From: Bacillus subtilis subsp. subtilis str. 168
GTDB lineage: Bacteria > Bacillota > Bacilli > Bacillales > Bacillaceae
Assembly: GCF_000009045.1 (NCBI RefSeq)
Contig: NC_000964.3
Span: forward strand, 1,680,001-1,712,000
Direction of reading: 5' to 3'
Length of the DNA stretch: 32,000 nt
The notes below the pieces were generated by a model, which was given only the letters and a program-made list of their open reading frames with translations, was not told the origin of the DNA and ran no database searches. Below are positions 10,934-18,277 of this stretch, in pieces. Position 1 is the first letter of the stretch; every line of letters starts with the position of its first letter. Made by a program: the position numbers and the translations under genes.

Positions 10934-11271
10934 ATTTCAAATAAAGGAAATCAATAAGCTTTATTTCCTGGGTTGAAAGTCTTTCTATGTAATAATTTTA
11001 ATAAATTTTGCATTTTTCTTCAAAAAGTTTCAAAAATGCCGAAAAGAAAGGAGAAAAAACAGAAATTCTGCTATTTTCAGGCTTATATCAAGGCGAGAAA
11101 TGTAGTTCTAACAATCTAGGACTTTATACCTAGTTGCAAAATAGATAATTGTGAGGACATTTTTTTACACGAACTTCATAGACTTTATGCCTGTTATTTC
11201 TTACAATAAGCATATAGTTTTACAATTCTCGACAAGGATATTGAGGGTGAAAAAAACTGAAATGGAGGTAA
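10934..11271 (+). promoter_or_regulatory. fla/che operon control region
   Basis: Long AT-rich non-coding spacer between the codY terminator and flgB. In B. subtilis this spacer is known to hold the sigma-A P(fla/che) and sigma-D PD-3 promoters and the CodY, DegU and SwrA inputs. Motifs seen: sigma-D -10-like GCCGAAAA at 11038-11045 with TCAA/CAAA 13-14 nt upstream; -10-like TATAGT at 11213-11218 and TACAAT at 11221-11226; TTGCAA at 11134-11139. I cannot assign the exact sigma-A hexamers with confidence. Confidence 0.6.
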
Positions 11272-11667
11272 GTGGATTTGAGCTTATTTTCTGGAACGAT
11301 ACAAAATCTTGAAAATGCCTTGAGCAGAGCGGATATTAAGCAAAAAGTCATAACTAATAATATCGCCAATATAGATACACCGAACTATAAGGCAAAAAAA
11401 GTCTCTTTCCAAAATTTATTAGATCAAGAATCCTCGCGTCTTGAAGCGATAAAAACAGACTATCGTCATGTTGATTTTTCTGATACTGATTCGAATTATT
11501 CAATTGTTGCGAGCGGAGATACATCGTATCAGCAAAACGGAAACAATGTTGATGTTGACAAAGAGATGACAGAATTGGCGCAAAATCAAATCAACTATCA
11601 AGCTTTGGTTGAAAGAATGAACGGTAAATTTAATTCGCTGAAGACCGTATTAACAGGAGGAAAATGA
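11272..11667 (+). CDS. flgB: Flagellar basal-body rod protein FlgB
   Basis: 131 aa from GTG 11272. Rod-family N-terminal motif ITNNIANIDTPNYKAKKV. GGAGG at 11264-11268 is only 3 nt from this GTG; the in-frame TTG at 11278 (9-nt spacing) is an alternative start. Confidence 0.9.
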   Translation: MDLSLFSGTIQNLENALSRADIKQKVITNNIANIDTPNYKAKKVSFQNLLDQESSRLEAIKTDYRHVDFSDTDSNYSIVASGDTSYQQNGNNVDVDKEMTELAQNQINYQALVERMNGKFNSLKTVLTGGK

Positions 11668-12119
11668 TGACAGCTTTTCATAGCTTAAATGTTTCAGCAT
11701 CGGCTTTAACAGCTCAGCGAGTCAGAATGGACGTTGTATCATCTAACTTAGCAAATATGGATACGACAAGAGCTAAGCAGGTGAATGGAGAGTGGGTGCC
11801 TTACAGAAGAAAAATGGTTTCCCTTCAGTCAAAAGGTGAATCGTTCTCTTCCATTCTCAATTCTCAAATGAGCGGAAGCGGGAATGCTGGAAACGGTGTG
11901 AAGGTTTCAAAAATTACGGAGGATGATTCGGATTTTAATCTTGTCTATGATCCGACAGACCCTGATGCAAACGCTGAAGGATATGTACAAAAGCCTAATG
12001 TTGATCCATTAAAGGAAATGGTTGATCTTGTCAGCAGCACTAGATCATACGAGGCGAATGTCACGGCGATGAATGCCACAAAGGGAATGCTGATGAAGGC
12101 GTTAGAAATCGGAAAGTAG
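11667..12119 (+). CDS. flgC: Flagellar basal-body rod protein FlgC
   Basis: Starts MTAFHSLNVSASALTAQRVRMDVVSSNLANMDTTR and ends in the C-terminal rod motif. Two tandem ATGs sit at 11664 and 11667, overlapping the flgB stop. GGAGG at 11656-11660 favours 11667. Confidence 0.92.
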   Translation: MTAFHSLNVSASALTAQRVRMDVVSSNLANMDTTRAKQVNGEWVPYRRKMVSLQSKGESFSSILNSQMSGSGNAGNGVKVSKITEDDSDFNLVYDPTDPDANAEGYVQKPNVDPLKEMVDLVSSTRSYEANVTAMNATKGMLMKALEIGK

Positions 12120-12129
12120 GTGAATGAAT

Positions 12130-12450
12130 GTGATTAATGCAATTTCTCCTTTTCAGGTTCAAAATACTCAAAACACTCAAAATGCAACAAATCAAGTAAA
12201 CAATAGCCAAAAAACAGATTCTTCAAATCAAACAAGCTTTTCGGAGCTTTTAAAAAACTCTATTAGTTCGTTAAATGAGTCCCAAGTAGCTTCTGACAAC
12301 ATGACTAATGCCTTGGCTGCAGGAAAAGATGTAAATCTTGATGAGGTCATGATCGCTGCTCAAAAAGCTAGCATCTCTCTAACTGCAGCAACAGAGTTCC
12401 GCAATAAAGCTGTGGAAGCTTATCAGGAGATTATGAGAATGCAAATGTAG
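12130..12450 (+). CDS. fliE: Flagellar hook-basal body complex protein FliE
   Basis: C-terminal FliE signature (LDEVMIAAQKASISLTAATEFRNKAVEAYQEIMRMQM). AGGTGA at 12118-12123 abuts the track ATG 12124 but lies 6 nt from GTG 12130 (106 aa). Confidence 0.9.
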   Translation: MINAISPFQVQNTQNTQNATNQVNNSQKTDSSNQTSFSELLKNSISSLNESQVASDNMTNALAAGKDVNLDEVMIAAQKASISLTAATEFRNKAVEAYQEIMRMQM

Positions 12451-12495
12451 GGGGTCTGACGATTTAGAGAAAGAGTGGAATGACCGGGGGTTAAC

Positions 12496-14106
12496 ATGAA
12501 TCGTACTCTAATGCAAATGAAAAACAAAACGAGTGAGTTTTGGAAAAATAGATCTAAATTACAAAAGATTTTAATGGTTAGTGCTTTAGCGGCAATTATT
12601 ATTATTGGAATTATTATTAGTGTTTTTGCTTCAAATTCTAAAATGGCGCCGCTGTACAAAGATTTGTCTGCCGAAGAAGCAGGACAAATCAAAGAAGAAT
12701 TGGATGCAAAAAAAGTGCCAAACGAACTTTCGAATGGCGGTACAGTGATTAGTGTTCCGGAGGATCAGGTTGATTCTTTGAAAGTGCAGATGGCTGCAGA
12801 AGGACTTCCTAAAACGGGATCAATTGATTATTCGTTTTTTGGACAGAATGCCGGCTTTGGTTTGACAGACAATGAGTTTGATATGGTGAAAGTGAAAGCT
12901 ACACAGACAGAACTGTCAAACTTGATCAATGAAATGGACGGTATTAAAAATTCAAAAGTAATGATTAATCTCCCGAAAGACGCTGTGTTTGTCGGTGAAG
13001 AGCAATCTGCAGCATCTGCATCAATCGTTTTGCAGATTCAACCGGGTTATACACTTGATCAAAGCCAAATCAACGGATTATATCATCTGGTATCTAAAAG
13101 CGTGCCAAACCTAAAAGAAGATAACATCGTCATCATGGACCAAAATTCTACATACTACGACAAATCAGACAGCGATGCAGGGTCCTACGCGGATAGTTAT
13201 TCTTCTCAGCAAGGAATTAAGTCTCAAGTTGAAAAAGACATTCAAAAACATGTACAGTCACTGCTGGGTACGATGATGGGCCAAGATAAAGTCGTTGTCT
13301 CCGTTACAGCAGACATTGATTTCACAAAAGAAAATCGGACAGAAGACATTGTCGAACCTGTGGATAAAGAAAACATGGAAGGCATTGCAGTCAGCGCTGA
13401 AAAGGTATCTGAAACATATCAGGGCGACGGTGCAGCCAACGGCGGAACTGCCGGAACCGGCGAGGAAGATGTTACAAATTATAAGGCTGACGGTGAAAAT
13501 ACCGAAAGCGGGAACTACGAAAAAAACAGCAACAAAATCAATTACGAGGTTAACCGAATTCATAAAGAAATCGCTGAAAGTCCTTATAAGGTCAGAGATT
13601 TAGGGATTCAAGTAATGGTAGAGCCGCCTGATGCCAAAAACACTGCGTCGCTATCAACTGAAAGACAGGATGATATACAAAAAATCCTTTCAACTGTAGT
13701 CAGAACATCTTTGGATAAAGATGAAACGCAAAATCAGAATTTATCTGATGCTGATATCAATAATAAGATTGTTGTTTCCGTTCAGCCATTCGACGGAAAA
13801 GTCAATTTGGATACAAATACGGAAGAATCCTCAGGTATCCCGCTGTGGGCATATATTGTAGGCGGTGTTTTAATCGCAGCGATCATTGTTCTGATCATTA
13901 TGCTTATCAGAAAGAAACGGGCGCAAGAGGATGAATTTGAGGAATATGAGTATGAGGTTCCTCAAGAACCAATCAATTTGCCTGATATCAACGAAGAGGA
14001 AAATGAAACAGCGGAATCAGTCAGACGAAAACAGCTTGAAAAGATGGCGAAAGACAAGCCGGAAGATTTTGCAAAACTGCTGAGAAGCTGGCTGGCCGAG
14101 GATTAG
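12496..14106 (+). CDS. fliF: Flagellar MS-ring protein FliF
   Basis: 536 aa. N-terminal TM segment (ILMVSALAAIIIIGIIISVF), periplasmic YscJ/FliF ring domains, a second TM (LWAYIVGGVLIAAIIVLIIML) and an acidic C-terminal FliG-binding tail. Confidence 0.95.
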   Translation: MNRTLMQMKNKTSEFWKNRSKLQKILMVSALAAIIIIGIIISVFASNSKMAPLYKDLSAEEAGQIKEELDAKKVPNELSNGGTVISVPEDQVDSLKVQMAAEGLPKTGSIDYSFFGQNAGFGLTDNEFDMVKVKATQTELSNLINEMDGIKNSKVMINLPKDAVFVGEEQSAASASIVLQIQPGYTLDQSQINGLYHLVSKSVPNLKEDNIVIMDQNSTYYDKSDSDAGSYADSYSSQQGIKSQVEKDIQKHVQSLLGTMMGQDKVVVSVTADIDFTKENRTEDIVEPVDKENMEGIAVSAEKVSETYQGDGAANGGTAGTGEEDVTNYKADGENTESGNYEKNSNKINYEVNRIHKEIAESPYKVRDLGIQVMVEPPDAKNTASLSTERQDDIQKILSTVVRTSLDKDETQNQNLSDADINNKIVVSVQPFDGKVNLDTNTEESSGIPLWAYIVGGVLIAAIIVLIIMLIRKKRAQEDEFEEYEYEVPQEPINLPDINEEENETAESVRRKQLEKMAKDKPEDFAKLLRSWLAED

Positions 14107-14118
14107 GAGGAATTAGAA

Positions 14119-15135
14119 ATGGCGAGACGTGATCAAGATAAGCTTACAGGAAAACAAAAAGCAGCCATTCTCATGATTTCCTTGGGGTTAGATGTGTCAG
14201 CTTCTGTCTATAAGCACTTAACCGATGAAGAAATTGAAAGGCTTACTCTGGAAATATCAGGTGTTCGAAGCGTCGATCATCAAAAAAAGGATGAAATCAT
14301 AGAAGAATTTCATAATATAGCCATTGCGCAAGATTATATTTCTCAAGGCGGTTTAAGCTATGCAAGACAAGTTCTGGAAAAGGCGCTTGGAGAGGATAAG
14401 GCGGAGAACATTCTAAACAGGCTGACTTCTTCTTTGCAGGTTAAACCATTTGATTTTGCCAGAAAAGCGGAGCCAGAACAAATTTTGAATTTTATCCAGC
14501 AAGAGCATCCGCAGACGATGGCGTTAATCTTGTCTTATTTAGATCCAGTGCAGGCCGGGCAAATTTTATCCGAGCTGAACCCTGAAGTGCAGGCTGAGGT
14601 TGCGAGAAGAATCGCGGTCATGGATAGAACGTCTCCAGAAATAATTAACGAGGTAGAACGGATTCTGGAACAAAAATTATCTTCTGCATTTACTCAGGAT
14701 TATACACAAACAGGCGGAATTGAAGCTGTTGTGGAAGTGTTAAACGGGGTAGACAGAGGGACAGAGAAGACGATCTTGGATTCATTGGAAATTCAGGATC
14801 CCGATCTTGCTGAAGAGATTAAAAAGCGGATGTTTGTCTTCGAAGATATTGTCACACTTGATAACCGTGCAATTCAGAGAGTCATTCGCGATGTTGAGAA
14901 CGACGATTTGCTCCTTTCATTAAAGGTTGCAAGCGAGGAAGTCAAAGAAATTGTGTTCAACAATATGTCACAGCGTATGGTTGAAACCTTCAAAGAAGAA
15001 ATGGAGTTTATGGGCCCTGTACGTTTGAAAGATGTAGAAGAAGCTCAATCAAGAATTGTAAGCATCGTCAGAAAGCTTGAAGAAGCCGGTGAAATTGTAA
15101 TAGCAAGAGGCGGAGGGGATGATATTATTGTCTAA
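14119..15135 (+). CDS. fliG: Flagellar motor switch protein FliG
   Basis: 338 aa. Starts LTGKQKAAILMISLG, has an EHPQ motif (EHPQTMALILSYL) and a C-terminal torque helix region (MSQRMVETFKEEME). Confidence 0.96.
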   Translation: MARRDQDKLTGKQKAAILMISLGLDVSASVYKHLTDEEIERLTLEISGVRSVDHQKKDEIIEEFHNIAIAQDYISQGGLSYARQVLEKALGEDKAENILNRLTSSLQVKPFDFARKAEPEQILNFIQQEHPQTMALILSYLDPVQAGQILSELNPEVQAEVARRIAVMDRTSPEIINEVERILEQKLSSAFTQDYTQTGGIEAVVEVLNGVDRGTEKTILDSLEIQDPDLAEEIKKRMFVFEDIVTLDNRAIQRVIRDVENDDLLLSLKVASEEVKEIVFNNMSQRMVETFKEEMEFMGPVRLKDVEEAQSRIVSIVRKLEEAGEIVIARGGGDDIIV

Positions 15136-15880
15136 TATCATTAAACAAGAATCATCTATTTCTCCACAAAAGGAAAAAAGAAAACTTTCTATACAAGAGG
15201 TGCGTATTGATCATTCTCACCTTTTGCAGGCTGAAGAGAACCCGGAGGCGCTTATGGCCCGAGTGAAAGAGGAAGCTGACCGGATTTCTGAGCAGGCAAA
15301 CAGTCATATAGAAAATATTCGCCGTCAAATTGAACAGGAGAAAAACGATTGGGCGGCTGAAAAACAGAAGCTTATTGAAGAAGCAAAAGCCGAGGGCTTT
15401 GAACAAGGAGTAGCGCTGGGCAAAGCTGAGGCAATGAAACAGTATGCAGAACTGATCGGCCAAGCAAACAGTATAACTGAAATGTCCAGAAAAGCTGTTG
15501 AGGACAAGCTTGAAGACGCTAATGAAGAAATCGTTGAGCTTGCCGTTGCCCTAGCAAAAAAAGTTTGGCAGCAAAAGTCTGATGATAAAGAGGCTTTCCT
15601 CCTGCTTGTACAACAGGTTATAAACGAAGTGAAGGAATATGACGATATATCAATTTATGTTGATCCATATTACTATGAGACAATCTTTCAGCAAAAAGAT
15701 GAAATCCAGCAGCTTCTTTATAAAGAATGTCGGCTTGGCATATATGCTGATGAAAAAGCTCAAAAAGGAACCTGTTATATTGAAACTCCTTTTGGCAGGG
15801 TAGATGCGAGTGTTGACACACAATTGATGCAATTGAAAGATAAACTTCTGACAGCGCTGGAAGCAGGTGCAGCTGAATGA
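15128..15880 (+). CDS. fliH: Flagellar export ATPase regulator FliH
   Basis: Coiled-coil E/K/A-rich middle region and C-terminal FliH domain (GTCYIETPFGRVDASVDTQL). The start is uncertain between ATG 15119 (2 nt after GGAGG 15112-15116), TTG 15128 (11-nt spacing, giving MSNIIKQ...) and ATG 15254 (208 aa, the older annotation as I recall it). See findings. Confidence 0.85.
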   Translation: MSNIIKQESSISPQKEKRKLSIQEVRIDHSHLLQAEENPEALMARVKEEADRISEQANSHIENIRRQIEQEKNDWAAEKQKLIEEAKAEGFEQGVALGKAEAMKQYAELIGQANSITEMSRKAVEDKLEDANEEIVELAVALAKKVWQQKSDDKEAFLLLVQQVINEVKEYDDISIYVDPYYYETIFQQKDEIQQLLYKECRLGIYADEKAQKGTCYIETPFGRVDASVDTQLMQLKDKLLTALEAGAAE

Positions 15881-17193
15881 AGACACAGAGTCTGATAGAT
15901 TGTATAGAAATGACAGACTCGTATAAACGGTACGGAAAAGTCAAGCGGGTAATCGGCTTGATGATTGAATCAAAAGGGCCAGCAAGCTCAATTGGTGACC
16001 TGTGCCTGATTTATGCAAAAGGACAGTCTGGGAAAGTCATTAAAGCTGAGGTAGTCGGCTTCCAGGAAGAAAATATTTTGCTTATGCCTTATTTAGAGGC
16101 TGCGAGCATTGCACCTGGCAGCATTGTAGAAGCTACTGGGGAATCACTTCGGGTTAAAGTTGGGACCGGACTGATCGGACAAGTCATCGATGCTTTTGGA
16201 GAACCGCTTGACGGAAAGCTTCTGCCGAAAGGGCTTTCGCCTGTATCAACGGAGCAATCACCGCCTAACCCGATGAAACGGCCGCCTATCCGTGAAAAGA
16301 TGGGTGTTGGAGTCAGATCAATTGACAGCTTGCTGACAGTCGGTAAAGGCCAGCGGATTGGAATTTTTGCAGGAAGCGGTGTCGGAAAAAGCACCTTAAT
16401 GGGGATGATCGCCAAGCAGACAGAGGCTGACTTAAACGTCATTGCACTTGTCGGAGAACGCGGACGAGAGGTTCGGGAGTTTATTGAAAAAGATCTGGGG
16501 AAAGAGGGGCTGAAACGATCGATTGTAGTCGTTGCCACCTCAGACCAGCCAGCATTAATGAGATTGAAAGCGGCATATACAGCGACTGCAATTGCCGAGT
16601 ATTTCCGAGATAAAGGCCAAAATGTCATGTTTATGATGGATTCTGTTACAAGGGTGGCAATGGCGCAGCGAGAGATTGGACTGGCTGCAGGAGAGCCTCC
16701 GACGACAAAAGGCTATACACCTTCAGTGTTCGCTATTTTACCTCGTTTACTAGAACGAACAGGTGCAAACGAGCATGGAACCATTACGGCATTTTATACA
16801 GTGTTGGTAGATGGGGATGACATGAATGAGCCGATTGCCGATACCGTACGCGGAATTTTAGACGGGCATATTGTGTTGGACAGGGCGCTTGCCAATAAAG
16901 GCCAGTTTCCTGCAGTTAACGTACTAAAAAGCATCAGCAGGGTGATGTCAAACATTTCAACAAAACAGCATCTGGATGCGGCAAATAAATTCCGTGAACT
17001 TTTATCGACATATCAAAATTCGGAAGATCTCATTAATATCGGAGCTTACAAAAGAGGATCATCCAGAGAAATTGATGAAGCGATACAATTTTATCCGCAG
17101 CTTATTCAATTTTTAAAGCAGGGAACAGACGAACCGGCTTTATTGGAAGAAAGCATTGCTGCATTAACTAGTTTGACAGGAAATGAGGAATAA
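15877..17193 (+). CDS. fliI: Flagellum-specific type III export ATPase FliI
   Basis: 438 aa. Walker A GSGVGKSTL and Walker B MFMMDSVTR, with F1-beta-like architecture. The ATG overlaps the fliH stop (ATGA). Confidence 0.97.
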   Translation: MKTQSLIDCIEMTDSYKRYGKVKRVIGLMIESKGPASSIGDLCLIYAKGQSGKVIKAEVVGFQEENILLMPYLEAASIAPGSIVEATGESLRVKVGTGLIGQVIDAFGEPLDGKLLPKGLSPVSTEQSPPNPMKRPPIREKMGVGVRSIDSLLTVGKGQRIGIFAGSGVGKSTLMGMIAKQTEADLNVIALVGERGREVREFIEKDLGKEGLKRSIVVVATSDQPALMRLKAAYTATAIAEYFRDKGQNVMFMMDSVTRVAMAQREIGLAAGEPPTTKGYTPSVFAILPRLLERTGANEHGTITAFYTVLVDGDDMNEPIADTVRGILDGHIVLDRALANKGQFPAVNVLKSISRVMSNISTKQHLDAANKFRELLSTYQNSEDLINIGAYKRGSSREIDEAIQFYPQLIQFLKQGTDEPALLEESIAALTSLTGNEE

Positions 17194-17195
17194 AC

Positions 17196-17639
17196 GTGGC
17201 TTATCAATTTAGATTCCAAAAGCTGCTGGAACTAAAAGAAAATGAAAAAGACCAATCCTTATCCGAATATCAGCAATCAGTTTCTGAATTTGAAAACGTT
17301 GCTGAAAAATTATATGAGAATATGAGCAAAAAGGAATTGCTGGAACAAAATAAGGAAAAGAAATTAAAAAGCGGCATGAGTGTACAAGAAATGAGGCACT
17401 ACCAACAATTTGTCTCAAATCTTGATAATACGATCTATCACTATCAAAAGCTTGTCATTATGAAAAGAAATCAAATGAATCAAAAACAAGAAATTTTGAC
17501 AGAGAAAAACATTGAAGTGAAAAAGTTTGAAAAAATGCGTGAAAAACAGTTTAAAATGTTTGCTCTTGAAGATAAAGCTGCAGAAATGAAAGAAATGGAC
17601 GATATTTCGATTAAGCAGTTTATGATTCAAGGCCATTAG
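17196..17639 (+). CDS. fliJ: Flagellar export chaperone/stalk protein FliJ
   Basis: 147 aa with a GTG start 3 nt after the fliI stop. Wholly coiled-coil K/E/Q-rich sequence (FRFQKLLELKENEKDQ...) in the conserved position after fliI. Confidence 0.88.
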   Translation: MAYQFRFQKLLELKENEKDQSLSEYQQSVSEFENVAEKLYENMSKKELLEQNKEKKLKSGMSVQEMRHYQQFVSNLDNTIYHYQKLVIMKRNQMNQKQEILTEKNIEVKKFEKMREKQFKMFALEDKAAEMKEMDDISIKQFMIQGH

Positions 17640-17650
17640 GAGCGAATGTA

Positions 17651-18265
17651 ATGTCCGGCAAAAAGAAAGAATCAGGTAAGTTCCGTTCGGTTTTGCTTAT
17701 CATTATCCTCCCGCTGATGTTTCTATTAATCGCAGGGGGGATTGTTCTTTGGGCTGCTGGTATCAATGTCTTAAAGCCGATACAGGATGCTGCGGCAAAA
17801 ACGCCGGTTCTTAAAGAATTGGTCCCTGAAACCGAAAATAAAAAAGGCGCAGCATCAAGTAAGGATAGCAGTAATACGGCAGCTCTGGAAAAGACCATTA
17901 AGGATCAAAAAAGTGAAATCAGTATATTGAATAAAGATTTAGAAACAAGTAAATCAGAAATCGACAGGCTCAATCAAAAGATCCGTTCACTTGAAAAGAC
18001 GGCTGAGGATCAAAAAAAGTCATCAGAAGATCATACTGAAGGATCAGCAGACTCGAAAGCTTCTTCTGAAAATGACAAAGTGATCAGTGTGTACAAAAGC
18101 ATGGACAGCGGAAAGGCTGCTAAAATTATTGCCCAATTAAAGGAGCAAGAAGCACTGAAAATATTGAATGGCCTAAGCAAAAAGCAGCTTGCTGACATAT
18201 TGGCGAAAATGACTCCTGAGCAAGCAGCAACCTATACAGAAAAAATTGCTGCCAGCCAAGAATAG
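17651..18265 (+). CDS. ylxF: Uncharacterised flagellar-operon protein YlxF (N-terminal TM, coiled coil, MotE/FlbB/MgtE_N-like C-terminus)
   Basis: 204 aa. TM segment SVLLIIILPLMFLLIAGGIVLWAA, coiled-coil stretch (KDQKSEISILNKDLETSKSEIDRLNQKIRSLEK) and C-terminal SMDSGKAAKIIAQL...LADILAKMTPEQAA. Confidence 0.85.
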   Translation: MSGKKKESGKFRSVLLIIILPLMFLLIAGGIVLWAAGINVLKPIQDAAAKTPVLKELVPETENKKGAASSKDSSNTAALEKTIKDQKSEISILNKDLETSKSEIDRLNQKIRSLEKTAEDQKKSSEDHTEGSADSKASSENDKVISVYKSMDSGKAAKIIAQLKEQEALKILNGLSKKQLADILAKMTPEQAATYTEKIAASQE

Positions 18266-18277
18266 GGGGAATGAAAG

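Noticed and set aside
11047-11068. SD-like AAAGGAG (11047-11053) in the fla/che control region, as a possible leader peptide or small gene.
   Set aside because: No ATG, GTG or TTG occurs within the following 5-15 nt. It is more likely part of the purine-rich regulatory DNA.
11116-11133. Short palindrome CTAGG-N8-CCTAG in the fla/che spacer.
   Set aside because: The arms are only 5 bp, so it is expected by chance in a 340-nt spacer. It has no associated T-tract or known motif.
12160-12186. Imperfect 9-bp tandem repeat CAAAATACT CAAAACACT CAAAATGCA in fliE.
   Set aside because: It simply encodes the low-complexity QNTQNTQNA stretch of the FliE N-terminus. It has only three units and no repeat-array features.
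13295-13603. 102-aa + strand ORF in an alternative frame within fliF. The ORFs at 828-1040, 5540-5791, 9424-9639, 19566-19763, 23426-23623, 26220-26402 and 30195-30416 fall in the same class.
   Set aside because: They are alternative-frame ORFs inside conserved genes, K/R-rich as expected from frame-shifted AT-rich codons, and none has an SD.
16089-16628. 179-aa minus-strand ORF antisense to fliI.
   Set aside because: It is embedded in the fliI ATPase core and translates to low-complexity S/P/A/I-rich sequence with no recognisable domain or SD. It is a shadow of the codon-biased + strand gene.
17573-17605. GACGATAT (17598-17605) with a TAAA (17573-17576) upstream, as a candidate for the sigma-D promoter reported upstream of ylxF.
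   Set aside because: The spacing between the elements is 21 nt rather than about 15, so the pair does not fit the sigma-D architecture. I could not locate a better candidate by eye and so make no call.
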